Positions 20,205-28,991 of a DNA stretch of 64,000 bases are shown here, piece after piece (the first letter of the stretch is position 1; the number at the start of each line of letters is the position of its first letter). The notes beneath the pieces were generated by a model. That model did no database searches. It was given only the letters and a program-made list of their open reading frames with translations, and was not told where the DNA came from. The DNA is from a virus (Duplodnaviria; Caudoviricetes): IMG/VR virus record IMGVR_UViG_3300030098_006079. One strand, given 5' to 3'. A program made the position numbers and the translations under genes.

Positions 20205-21128
20205 ATGAAACTAAACATAAACAAAACTAAGTTCGAAAAGATATCGAATATCGATGTCCCTGATATCTTTTACAATCGTCTAAAGTCTGGAATCGACGTA
20301 GTAGATAATGCTTTTGGTGATGGGTTTCTCCCTTCTAGCACTGTTGTTATGAGCGGGGAACCTGGCACCGGTAAGACTACATTCCTGTTACAAGTACTCG
20401 AGGAGCTCGCCATTCGGAAATACAATGTAGGTTATGTTTCTGGAGAAGAATGCATAGAGCTGCTTAAGGTCAATTGTGACCGGATTGGTGTCAAGAATGT
20501 TCTGGCTTGTAATGAGACTAACCTCAACTCCATCCTCAAACATATCCCGAGCTTCGATGCATTAGTCATAGATAGCTTCCAGTCACTGAATACAAACAAG
20601 CGCGGCTTGGCTCATGAGAAAGAATGTGTCGAGAAGATTTGCGCTGCAGCTAAGAAGCATCAGACTACTGTATTCATTATCTCTCATATTACTAAGACTG
20701 GTAAGATGAAGGGTAGTACGTTGTTGCCTCACTCTGTGGATGTGGTGTGTCATTTGACTCGTCATGATGACTTCGACGAGATGGAAGATAAGTCAGTGGT
20801 GCTAAATATTACTAAGAATAGATTCGGCCCTACATTAGTTCGAGAGCTAAACTTCACTGCGCGCGGTTATGATTGGACTACAGTCAAGGAAGTAAAAGCA
20901 GAGAATACAGCAGCACCGAAGAGTCAGCGTATCAAGTCTGAGACAACTACGATCAAGCAACTTGCAGAAAAGATTAAGGATGGTAAGTTTAGCATTGACG
21001 AAGTGACCAAGAAGATCAAAAACAAACCTCGCGCATATTATGTGTTGAAAAAACTTCGGGATGATGGTATAATTGTTGAAGCTAATAAAGCTGGTAAGAG
21101 TAAGACTCACTACACATTCAAGAAGTAA
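20205..21128 (+). CDS. RadA/Sms-like AAA ATPase (no Lon domain)
   Basis: GEPGTGKTT Walker A, YVSGEE, VIDSFQ, SHITKTG, LPHSVD, KNRFGP. Confidence 0.85.
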   Translation: MKLNINKTKFEKISNIDVPDIFYNRLKSGIDVVDNAFGDGFLPSSTVVMSGEPGTGKTTFLLQVLEELAIRKYNVGYVSGEECIELLKVNCDRIGVKNVLACNETNLNSILKHIPSFDALVIDSFQSLNTNKRGLAHEKECVEKICAAAKKHQTTVFIISHITKTGKMKGSTLLPHSVDVVCHLTRHDDFDEMEDKSVVLNITKNRFGPTLVRELNFTARGYDWTTVKEVKAENTAAPKSQRIKSETTTIKQLAEKIKDGKFSIDEVTKKIKNKPRAYYVLKKLRDDGIIVEANKAGKSKTHYTFKK

Positions 21129-21571
21129 TGCAAACGTTTCTACCATATAACAATTTCTATCAGAGTGCAAAAGTACTAGACCAGAAGCGTCTAGGGAAGC
21201 AGAGAGTAGAAGTACTTCAATTGCTTAACTCTATCAAAGCATCGAAAGAAGATAGACCGTATAGAGGTTGGAAGAATCATCCATGTCGCAATATGTGGTA
21301 CCTCAAAGGTAAACATGACTACGCTAACGCATTAGTCTACTACGGCCAAGCAGTATGTAAAGCTTGGAAAGAGCGCGGGTATAAAGATACTTGCTATGAG
21401 AAAATATCTGCTCTTTATGATCATTCGAAAAAGTTAGTATTTCCTCCGTGGTTAGGTGTTCATAAACTTCATGAGTCCCATCGTAGTATGTTGACTCAGA
21501 AAGATAGTAGCTGGTACAGAAAGTTATGGCCTTCTACTCCAGATAATCTAGAATATTACTGGCCCGTATGA
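21128..21571 (+). CDS. Pyrimidine-dimer DNA glycosylase-like (MSMEG_6728 family)
   Basis: MQTFLP..LDQKRLGKQRVE, GWKNHP, HRSML..KD, YYWPV. Confidence 0.85.
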   Translation: MQTFLPYNNFYQSAKVLDQKRLGKQRVEVLQLLNSIKASKEDRPYRGWKNHPCRNMWYLKGKHDYANALVYYGQAVCKAWKERGYKDTCYEKISALYDHSKKLVFPPWLGVHKLHESHRSMLTQKDSSWYRKLWPSTPDNLEYYWPV

Positions 21572-21582
21572 TAAAGAATTTA

Positions 21583-21734
21583 AAAGTCGGTGAGTGTAAC
21601 GCCTCCATAGCCTCCTCTCGAATCTAGATACAGAGATGCGATGTTATACCGCAATGGACAAGGATGGTAAGACATCTTACACTTGATAACCAACTAGAGG
21701 GTTATCGTATCGCAGGTGGCGCTGCGACGACTTT
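21583..21734 (+). ncRNA. Candidate structured RNA (unidentified)
   Basis: ORF-free, GC-richer interval closed by AAAGTCG/CGACTTT with several internal helices. Confidence 0.45.
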
Positions 21735-21766
21735 AATTTATGTTAATAATAAACGTTACAGGAATA

Positions 21767-22546
21767 ATGAAAGTATTAATACGTGTTGCAATAATAGGTA
21801 GTTTAGCTTATTTTGCTGGGTATGCGGTAGGTGCACCAATGACACCTTCTCCAACTATACAAAAATACAATGGCTTATTCATGCCAATATCAGAAAAAAA
21901 ACCTCATTTATTTTATTTTTTAATGAGAGGAGAGGTCGTCGTTGGAGATGACAAAAAAATTCAACTAGATGATGATGCATTTATTCAAGCAGTTAAAGAA
22001 ACAGAAGGTCATAAAATATATCAATTGAGGATAAGAGGTAGCGCAGTTAGTCATATAGGTATTGAAGCTCTTAAAGGACAAAATGAATTACGATATTTAG
22101 ATTTATCTAACAACAAACTTATAACAGATGTTGCTTGTAAAAAAATAGCAGAATATTTTCCACGACTAGAACGGCTTAATTTATTTAACACCTTTGTATC
22201 TGATAAAGGGTTATCTCATCTCATTAATCTACAGGAACTTAGACAACTACATATAGGAGAGACTAATGTGACATGGGATGCTGCAAATAAGTTTAGAGGT
22301 AAAATGGAAGCTATAGGTGGTAACGACGACTTAGAAATTACAACAGGGTATCATGCCCAACCGCTTGGAAGTATTAAACGCAATAAGTGGCTAAGATCTA
22401 ATTATCAAAAAAATGCAGAGTTAAGTATTATAGATGAAGAAGCTATACTCAAAAAACACTTGCTTATATCTCCAGATAGTATAAAATCTAACAAGACGTA
22501 TGAGGACGATACAAAAAAAGAAGCAGACGGTCCAATTTTAGAATAA
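21767..22546 (+). CDS. Secreted leucine-rich repeat protein (PVC type)
   Basis: Signal peptide; LRYLDLSNN, LERLNLFNTFVSDKGL, LRQLHIGETNVT. Confidence 0.8.
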   Translation: MKVLIRVAIIGSLAYFAGYAVGAPMTPSPTIQKYNGLFMPISEKKPHLFYFLMRGEVVVGDDKKIQLDDDAFIQAVKETEGHKIYQLRIRGSAVSHIGIEALKGQNELRYLDLSNNKLITDVACKKIAEYFPRLERLNLFNTFVSDKGLSHLINLQELRQLHIGETNVTWDAANKFRGKMEAIGGNDDLEITTGYHAQPLGSIKRNKWLRSNYQKNAELSIIDEEAILKKHLLISPDSIKSNKTYEDDTKKEADGPILE

Positions 22547-23262
22547 TGAAACTTACATTAGCCCTATTACTGGCAGTTGGGTCTGTTGTAGCAGATGAAA
22601 CTGATGGCATAAAGATCAGAGAAGATATATTCAATCAAAAAACTAATATAGATTATTATATCATAAATGATTTCTTCAGCGAAAAAACAATTTTTGTTCC
22701 GCAAAAAAAAGCAAATGAATATTTTTTGAAATCTTTAAATTATTATAACCGTAATCTTTCTACCGTAACAAAAAAAGCGATTGGTAAGGCAAAAGAAGAA
22801 AATAAAACAATCTTTGTTAATATAGTAGCAGGGGATAACATTCCAGCTCATGCATGGAAAGGAAGAAAACCTACTTACAAAGTAGATGAATACACAAACG
22901 GTCAATGGACTATTTTTAAGATAGATCCAAAAGGTAATATAGATATGGATCATTATACTGCTGGACAATACGGTCAAGTAGGTAGAGATGGAGTCTCATA
23001 CGAACATGCAGTAAAGGTGTTTGGTGGTGTTAGTATTCGTAACGCTATAGAGCGTGCTAAGAAAAATGATAAAGAGTATGATTGGTTTATAACTGTTAAG
23101 CTTCCCGATATACCTCCAAGTTATATACAATTAGATACGTTTGTTGAGTATGAAGCTTGGTATAATTCTACAAGATTTCAACCTCAGCATTATACGGTTG
23201 AGAAAGTTAAACGAGAAAGATCTTTACCTACTCTCCCTACTTTACAAAATAATAACAAATGA
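22546..23262 (+). CDS. Secreted hypothetical protein
   Basis: Signal peptide MKLTLALLLAVGSVVA. Confidence 0.65.
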   Translation: MKLTLALLLAVGSVVADETDGIKIREDIFNQKTNIDYYIINDFFSEKTIFVPQKKANEYFLKSLNYYNRNLSTVTKKAIGKAKEENKTIFVNIVAGDNIPAHAWKGRKPTYKVDEYTNGQWTIFKIDPKGNIDMDHYTAGQYGQVGRDGVSYEHAVKVFGGVSIRNAIERAKKNDKEYDWFITVKLPDIPPSYIQLDTFVEYEAWYNSTRFQPQHYTVEKVKRERSLPTLPTLQNNNK

Positions 23263-23459
23263 AAAATCAGATCGCGTATAGAACGTTAGAGGAGCTAAAG
23301 AAGCATATTATAGACAGGTTAAACGACCCTAAAGGTAATCCATTAAGTGTAACGAGAGCGCACGAAGCTATGTTTGGAACTCTAATACCGCGCGCAGTTG
23401 GAGAAGATGCTCCAGAGGGAAAATATAAAGTGGTACTTAGTACTCCTTTACCTAATTAA
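23259..23459 (+). CDS. Hypothetical protein (paralog of 19948-20148)
   Basis: Coupled ORF with helical similarity to its paralog. Confidence 0.55.
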   Translation: MKNQIAYRTLEELKKHIIDRLNDPKGNPLSVTRAHEAMFGTLIPRAVGEDAPEGKYKVVLSTPLPN

Positions 23460-23464
23460 TTAAT

Positions 23465-24031
23465 ATGGGAATGTTCGACGATATTAAAGTACCGGTAGCT
23501 TATTTAAGAGGTATCTTAGATAAGAAAACAGAAAAACTATTTGATGATGACGTAGTCTTTCAAACTAAAAGCTTAGAGAACGCGATGTTTACTTATAAAG
23601 TCCATCGAAGACAATTATATAAAGCATCAGTGCTAAGCGAAGACAAATGGGAGAAGGACACCCATACAGGTACGATTGATTTTTATACATCTGTAAAAGA
23701 TGAGAAGGAGACTGAGCATTGGTTTGATTTTAGATTTGTTTTTAAACATGGTAAGTTAGACTCAAAAGAGTTTGTAGGTACTCATGTTCTTGAGACAAAG
23801 AAAGAGAAGCAAGAGAGAGAAACTATGTTCAAGATTGAGCAACAATATTTTGATGAGCATAGAAACAAACCTCTCGTTAAAATGTGGGATAAGTTAGCTT
23901 GTTTATTTTCTCGCTTATCAAGTTACGCGCAATTAAAAACTCAAATACCATACAAGGTAAGAGAACAAGCATACAAAGTTTCAGAGCGTTTAAAGAAAGA
24001 TCCATCCGCTCTAGATCAATATAAAAAATAA
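23465..24031 (+). CDS. Conserved phage hypothetical protein
   Basis: MGMFDDI..FQTKSL pattern common in phages. Confidence 0.7.
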   Translation: MGMFDDIKVPVAYLRGILDKKTEKLFDDDVVFQTKSLENAMFTYKVHRRQLYKASVLSEDKWEKDTHTGTIDFYTSVKDEKETEHWFDFRFVFKHGKLDSKEFVGTHVLETKKEKQERETMFKIEQQYFDEHRNKPLVKMWDKLACLFSRLSSYAQLKTQIPYKVREQAYKVSERLKKDPSALDQYKK

Positions 24032-24240
24032 TGGCACACTTCATTAAACTACACGGCTCAGATAATGCTGAGATGTTATTCAATCTTGATACTGTTGTAA
24101 GTATTGATCCAATGCCTGAAGGTACAGTCATTTGTACCAGATGGGGCAGCACTAAAGTAAAAGAAGACTTAGACACAATATTAAGACTGTCTAACTCTCC
24201 TTCTGGTGCAAGTCCGAACGAAATGCTTATTACTGAGTAA
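24031..24240 (+). CDS. FlbD-like small protein
   Basis: FIKL..FNLDTVVSI..VKEDLDTI fits FlbD pattern. Confidence 0.6.
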   Translation: MAHFIKLHGSDNAEMLFNLDTVVSIDPMPEGTVICTRWGSTKVKEDLDTILRLSNSPSGASPNEMLITE

Positions 24241-24659
24241 TGCCGTCTCAATTAGAATTAGATAAAACCTATTTGAGGATGGCTGCTGTGTGGGCTAATC
24301 TATCAAAAGCTACTCGTAAGAAGGTAGGTTGTCTAGTTGTTAAAGACGGTCAAATTATTTCCGACGGGTATAATGGTACTCCTTCTGGTTTTGATAATGA
24401 GTGTGAACATTTTGTATCGGGTACTCTAACGACAAAGCGAGAGGTATTACACGCTGAGTCTAATGCTCTAATGAAACTAGCTAAAGGCACTAACAGTAGT
24501 AAAGGAAGCACAATCTATCTAACTTTGAGCCCATGCTTTGATTGTGCTAAGTTAATTGTTCAAGCAGAGATAGAGAGAGTTGTATGTGCTGAAGCATATA
24601 GAATTACCGATGGTATCGACTTTCTACGTAAAAATAATATCCAAGTGGATATAATCTAA
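24240..24659 (+). CDS. dCMP deaminase
   Basis: HAESNA and PCFDC zinc motifs, GYNGTPSG. Confidence 0.95.
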   Translation: MPSQLELDKTYLRMAAVWANLSKATRKKVGCLVVKDGQIISDGYNGTPSGFDNECEHFVSGTLTTKREVLHAESNALMKLAKGTNSSKGSTIYLTLSPCFDCAKLIVQAEIERVVCAEAYRITDGIDFLRKNNIQVDII

Positions 24660-24838
24660 TCATGGCACCCACATCCGCTACCGCAACATTCGTCTTGTTC
24701 AGTATTTTGTTCTTGTATCTGTGGCTCCTGAGCCGAAGTCGCTCCAGTAAATGAAGTATTCAAATAATTATGTCCAAGTTCGTTTTCCATATGATTAAGC
24801 ACTTCACTATTCAAAGGCCATTGTGGTTTGTCAACCAT
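24656..24838 (-). CDS. Small protein with C-terminal CCGSGCGCH
   Basis: Preceded on - strand by ATAAATA; metallothionein-like tail. Confidence 0.5.
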   Translation of the reverse strand: MVDKPQWPLNSEVLNHMENELGHNYLNTSFTGATSAQEPQIQEQNTEQDECCGSGCGCHD

Positions 24839-24841
24839 CGT

Positions 24842-24855
24842 ATAAATATATTTAT
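24842..24855. promoter_or_regulatory. Palindromic bidirectional late-type promoter
   Basis: Perfect palindrome ATAAATATATTTAT giving ATAAATA on both strands between divergent starts. Confidence 0.6.
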
Positions 24856-25534
24856 GAAATACCTATTGTTCTTCTTACTGTGTAGTTCCGTTGTTGCTCA
24901 AGATCGTTATAAAGCCATTACTGATAGAAATGCTTTTGCATTATTAGATGCAGTTCCTACACGAACTACTACTCCTCCTATTATTGTTCAATCCCCTATC
25001 AAATTAAACTTAACAGGTATTATTGCTCGCCGTGGAGTTACTAATGTGTATTTGTTTACAAAAGATATACCTAAAAGGTTTCTTACTCTTTCTACTTTAC
25101 GTAGAACTGATAGTGGTGTTACATTACTGAGTGTAGAAAAGGGTTTAGTTGAAGTTAATAACAATGGTACAGTAGAATTGCTTTCGTTCGAGACTCACAA
25201 ACTGCCTAACGTAGTAACCTTACCTGCTCTCAAAGCAACACCTACAATAGTTAAAAAGAAAGAGAAGAAAGACAGTAAAGGTAAAGAGATTAAAATTCTA
25301 CCAGCAGCTCCTAAACCAAATATAGTTACTGTCCCGTCTAGAATGCCTAAAGTTGATCCTAGAATAATTCAAAAAGGATTAGAGTATATAGACAGAATAG
25401 AAGATAAAGAAAAGAGAGAATATATTCTTCAGCGACTTGAAAGACTTCAATCTGGGCAACAAAAGCTTGATAGTAAAATAGATAATAATGAGCGTCGTCG
25501 CCAATATGATGAGCGTCGCCGACGCGATGACTAA
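24854..25534 (+). CDS. Exported GspC/PilP-like protein of Verrucomicrobia type
   Basis: Signal/TM; YKAITDRNAF.L..PP..LNLTGI..VEVNNNG..LSF recalled from verrucomicrobial pilus/T2SS-linked proteins. Confidence 0.5.
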   Translation: MKYLLFFLLCSSVVAQDRYKAITDRNAFALLDAVPTRTTTPPIIVQSPIKLNLTGIIARRGVTNVYLFTKDIPKRFLTLSTLRRTDSGVTLLSVEKGLVEVNNNGTVELLSFETHKLPNVVTLPALKATPTIVKKKEKKDSKGKEIKILPAAPKPNIVTVPSRMPKVDPRIIQKGLEYIDRIEDKEKREYILQRLERLQSGQQKLDSKIDNNERRRQYDERRRRDD

Positions 25535-25539
25535 AAACA

Positions 25540-26193
25540 ATGAGTAACAAAGTTAAACTTATATCCCTCACCCAGCCGTTCGATCATGAAGCAACTGAAT
25601 CTCCAGAAGACTTAATTGCATATTGTGCTCGAGTAAGTAATCCTGAAAATCAAAACAATACTCAAACAGCTCCTAGACTACTTAAGTTTCTAATAAAGCA
25701 CAAACATTGGTCACCATTTGAAATGGTTGACATGTGTGTAGAGATTAAAACATCAAGAGCTATTGCAGCTCAAATATTAAGACACAGAAGCTTTTCTTTT
25801 CAAGAATTCTCTCAACGTTATAGTGCTGCTACAGATATAGAGCCAATCGAATTAAGATCTAAAGCAGAGACTAATAGACAGAGTAGTTCGGATGTAATAG
25901 ATGATCCTGTACTTAAAAATGTCGTCCAGCATTCTATAGATACAGCAATGATGACTTATGATAAACTTATTACACAAGGTGTTGCTAAAGAGCAGGCTCG
26001 TATGGTGTTGCCATTAACAACTCAAACTACTATGTATATGAAAGGAAGTATTAGAAGCTGGATACATTATATTGATTTGAGAACAGAAGAAAACACACAG
26101 AAAGAGCATAGAGATATAGCAGAGGAGTGTAAGAGTATTCTTAAAGATCATTTCCCTAATGTTGCCGAAGCTCTCTGGAGTAAGGATGATTGA
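25540..26193 (+). CDS. thyX: Flavin-dependent thymidylate synthase
   Basis: ARVS, HWSPFE, QILRHRSFSFQEFSQRY, EQARMVLP, TQKEHR. Confidence 0.97.
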   Translation: MSNKVKLISLTQPFDHEATESPEDLIAYCARVSNPENQNNTQTAPRLLKFLIKHKHWSPFEMVDMCVEIKTSRAIAAQILRHRSFSFQEFSQRYSAATDIEPIELRSKAETNRQSSSDVIDDPVLKNVVQHSIDTAMMTYDKLITQGVAKEQARMVLPLTTQTTMYMKGSIRSWIHYIDLRTEENTQKEHRDIAEECKSILKDHFPNVAEALWSKDD

Positions 26194-26311
26194 ACTAGTA
26201 TTACAAGTTGCATCGGGATTAATAATCTTTATAGCATTCATGTTCGCTTGGTCGTCTACCAGACTAGTAGAAGAGAAAAAGAAGAGACAAAGAGAGAGAA
26301 AGAATAAATAG
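26186..26311 (+). CDS. Single-TM small protein (41 aa)
   Basis: MIELVLQVASGLIIFIAFMFAWS plus basic tail; overlaps thyX stop. Confidence 0.5.
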   Translation: MIELVLQVASGLIIFIAFMFAWSSTRLVEEKKKRQRERKNK

Positions 26312-26315
26312 TTTT

Positions 26316-26786
26316 ATGAAACGTATTATATTAATACTAGGGTTGGTTTTCTCTATGGTTGCTGTTGATGCTAAACCACAGAAAGGACCAAAGGGCAAAG
26401 GCAAGGCACTCAAAGAGCGGTTCGAAGCTGCTAAGAAGAAGCGAGATGCTAAACGCGGTGATGCTAAAAAGAAAGGTCACAAGCATAAAGGACCTCGAGG
26501 TGAATTCGGAAAGCTAGTTCGTAATGATGAAAAGATTAAAGAACTAAAAAAAGAATTCGCTGCAGCTAGTGAAAAGCTTAAAGGCAAATTTGATCGTAAG
26601 AAGTTCAAAGATGCTACTGACGAAGAGAAAGCTGCATTGAGAGATAAGCTTAGAGCTTCTCGCAAAGAGTGGGAAACAGCTATGAAAGCTCATAGAGTCG
26701 AAGTTGGTAAACGTATCAAAGAGATTCGAGAAGAGTTTAAAAACAATCGCGATAAGGTGATTGAAGGTAATAAACCTGGCGAATAA
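26316..26786 (+). CDS. Exported basic helical protein (Spy/CpxP-like character)
   Basis: Signal peptide, K/E/R-rich coiled coil. Confidence 0.6.
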   Translation: MKRIILILGLVFSMVAVDAKPQKGPKGKGKALKERFEAAKKKRDAKRGDAKKKGHKHKGPRGEFGKLVRNDEKIKELKKEFAAASEKLKGKFDRKKFKDATDEEKAALRDKLRASRKEWETAMKAHRVEVGKRIKEIREEFKNNRDKVIEGNKPGE

Positions 26787-26810
26787 TCTACCGTGTGAAG
26801 ATAGTGTGCT

Positions 26811-26836
26811 AAAGGTGGCTTCGGCCACCTTTTTTT
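26811..26836 (+). terminator. Rho-independent terminator
   Basis: aaaggtggc-TTCG-gccaccttt plus T tract. Confidence 0.9.
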
Positions 26837-26874
26837 ATAGTTGCATATTATTCGGCTTATGTTAAAATAACGTT

Positions 26875-27372
26875 GTGCCAAAATATTCATACGGTAAAGA
26901 TGGTGATGAGAGTAGTGTTGGTTTTGGAGGAACAAAACCTAAGCAAACTAAATCTAAAGCTGCAAAGACGTTTAATCAGTTAGTACGTTCTATCTATCGC
27001 TCGACTATTATGGCGCAGCGTAAAGTAGACGAGCAGGTTGTAGAGCATTTTCTAGAAAGATTCTTTGATAAAGATGGTCATCCTAATTTGTTTAGGTTAA
27101 GTCTCCCGACACACGACGGAGCACCTGTAGAAGTAGATGTACCTCTTATTACATTAACTCATGGTAATCATCTCAATATCAAAGAATTAGAGATTGATTT
27201 TGAAGTTGAGCTAGGTCACTTAGAAGATATTGACAATGATGATATTAGTGCTGCAGTTACATCAGTTAATGGTAAGCGGATGGCTAAAGTCCGAATGAAA
27301 CTTGACTCTACAGAGCCGCCTGAGGGTATAGCTCGCATACGACAAGAGATGATTAAACAGCTCCCATCTTAA
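26875..27372 (+). CDS. DUF2589 family protein
   Basis: FNQLVRSI..AQR..VDVPLITL..LNIKELEIDFEV; GTG start 6 nt after TTGCAT-16-TAAAAT. Confidence 0.75.
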   Translation: MPKYSYGKDGDESSVGFGGTKPKQTKSKAAKTFNQLVRSIYRSTIMAQRKVDEQVVEHFLERFFDKDGHPNLFRLSLPTHDGAPVEVDVPLITLTHGNHLNIKELEIDFEVELGHLEDIDNDDISAAVTSVNGKRMAKVRMKLDSTEPPEGIARIRQEMIKQLPS

Positions 27373-27422
27373 TTGCTCTGGATACATAGATTAAAATAAT
27401 ATCGTAGATAAATAATTTCGTT

Positions 27423-28091
27423 ATGGCAGGTATCGCAGATCAATTTAAAGGACTTCCAATGTCCGACCTTATTAGTCAACCCCTTATTGCTGCAGCAAAA
27501 GCACAAGGTCAACTATCAAACATTACGCAACAGTTCATTAAAGACGTAGGTCTTCAAGAAACTGGAGAAAAAGACGCAAGTGGTAATCCGAAATACTCAG
27601 CTCGTTCTGTTGATTTTGGATTTAAATCACCTGTTACCGATGGTAAAGGTAAAACAGAGCTTAAAGATGATAATCTTTCAGTTCCATTACTGTCTATTGT
27701 AAATGTTCCTAACCTTTCAGTTAAGAAAGCTACAGTAGATTTTTCTATGGAAGTAAAGGCTTCAAGCTCTGATACATCTTCATCTAAAACTGATGCTAAC
27801 ATCAGCACTAGTGCTAAGTATTCAGCATGGTGGTCACCAGTTAGTGTTGAGATGAAAGCATCAGTAAGTACTAGTAACAAGCACGAGAGTGTACGTAAAA
27901 CAGATAACTCTGCTAAGTATGATGTTCATGTTGAAGCTAGAGATGATGGTGCTCCTGAAGGTTTAATGAAAGTGTTAGATATTCTTAACGCAGCAATTAT
28001 TCCAAATGGTGAATCGACTCCTGCACCAGCTGCGGCTCCAGCAGGTGGTGGTAGTGGTGGTAGTGGTGGTAGTGGTAATAGTGGAGGTTAA
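27423..28091 (+). CDS. DUF2589 family protein
   Basis: FKGLPMSDLISQPLIAAAKAQ..VPLLSIVNVPNL..SAKYDVHVEA..PEGLMKVLDIL; ATAAATA late promoter. Confidence 0.85.
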   Translation: MAGIADQFKGLPMSDLISQPLIAAAKAQGQLSNITQQFIKDVGLQETGEKDASGNPKYSARSVDFGFKSPVTDGKGKTELKDDNLSVPLLSIVNVPNLSVKKATVDFSMEVKASSSDTSSSKTDANISTSAKYSAWWSPVSVEMKASVSTSNKHESVRKTDNSAKYDVHVEARDDGAPEGLMKVLDILNAAIIPNGESTPAPAAAPAGGGSGGSGGSGNSGG

Positions 28092-28111
28092 TCCGGAATT
28101 ACATATTAAAG

Positions 28112-28138
28112 AAAAGGTGGCTTCGGTCACCTTTTTTT
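28112..28138 (+). terminator. Rho-independent terminator
   Basis: aaaaggtggc-TTCG-gtcacctttt; near-identical to 26811. Confidence 0.9.
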
Positions 28139-28153
28139 ATAAATACTTTTGTT

Positions 28154-28606
28154 ATGAGTATTCCCCGTAGACGAAGAAGATCAATTAGGACAGTTATTGC
28201 TGATTTACAGAGTGCAATTGCTGATTTAGATGCACGTGTAGATGCATTAGAAGAAGAAGATGAATGGCTTTTAGAAGCTCCAACTGGAACAACATTCACA
28301 CAACCAGATACCACAGTAGATGGTGGACAATCTATTGGTGTTGGAAGTACTGCTCCGACAGTTACTATCCCGGCCGCTACATTAGTTAATTTAATCCAGG
28401 CTCAGCCTATAAATACTTCTATGAGTGATAATGTAGGTATTGGAAGTTCTGCTCCACCCGTTGGAGTTGGAAGTACAAGTGATGGTGTTGGAGTTGGAAG
28501 TACTGCTCCAACAGGAACAACATTCACCCAACCTGACACTACTGTTGACGGTGGACAAGTTGGTATTGGTAGCACGACAGATGTCGGTATTGGAACTTCT
28601 TCTTAA
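28154..28606 (+). CDS. Late protein with coiled coil and G(V/I)GST repeats
   Basis: TATAAATA upstream; two APTGTTFTQPDTTVDGGQ repeats. Confidence 0.7.
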   Translation: MSIPRRRRRSIRTVIADLQSAIADLDARVDALEEEDEWLLEAPTGTTFTQPDTTVDGGQSIGVGSTAPTVTIPAATLVNLIQAQPINTSMSDNVGIGSSAPPVGVGSTSDGVGVGSTAPTGTTFTQPDTTVDGGQVGIGSTTDVGIGTSS

Positions 28607-28626
28607 TTAAAAAAGAGTCAACACAC

Positions 28627-28654
28627 AAAAGCCTCCTAACGGAGGCTTTTTTTT
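28627..28654. terminator. Bidirectional terminator
   Basis: aaaagcctcc-TAAC-ggaggctttt between convergent genes. Confidence 0.85.
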
Positions 28655-28989
28655 CCCCAAAATTTATGCTCGTAGTCTGGGGTATTTTCTTCTATCAAAG
28701 CATCTCTCCATTCTGTCTTAGAGGCATCAGATAATAATATGTGATTGGTGGTGTTAGTATCAGGAGATGGTTCCCATCTCCTTGCTAGCTCATGCAATTG
28801 AGCTTCTTCGTAACTTAACATATGAGTCAAGTTAGCAAAGCGTTTAAGTAATGAACGTTTAGGAGGAGGATTAATACCTCTTTCCACTTTACGCCACATT
28901 CTCTTTTCTACTCCAAGTATCTTACTAAACTTAGTTAAGTCTTTGAAGTATTTTAATCTTATTTCTTTTATGTAAGTATTAAATTTCAT
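28636..28989 (-). CDS. XRE-type HTH protein
   Basis: IKEIR..LTKFSKILGV..WRKVERGINPPP. Confidence 0.75.
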   Translation of the reverse strand: MKFNTYIKEIRLKYFKDLTKFSKILGVEKRMWRKVERGINPPPKRSLLKRFANLTHMLSYEEAQLHELARRWEPSPDTNTTNHILLSDASKTEWRDALIEENTPDYEHKFWGKKSLR

Positions 28990-28991
28990 TT

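Noticed and set aside
21605-21650. HDV-like/theta ribozyme (AGCCTCCTC resembles HDV P3/L3)
   Set aside because: The required complementary GCT after the loop and the P1/P1.1 pairing are missing.
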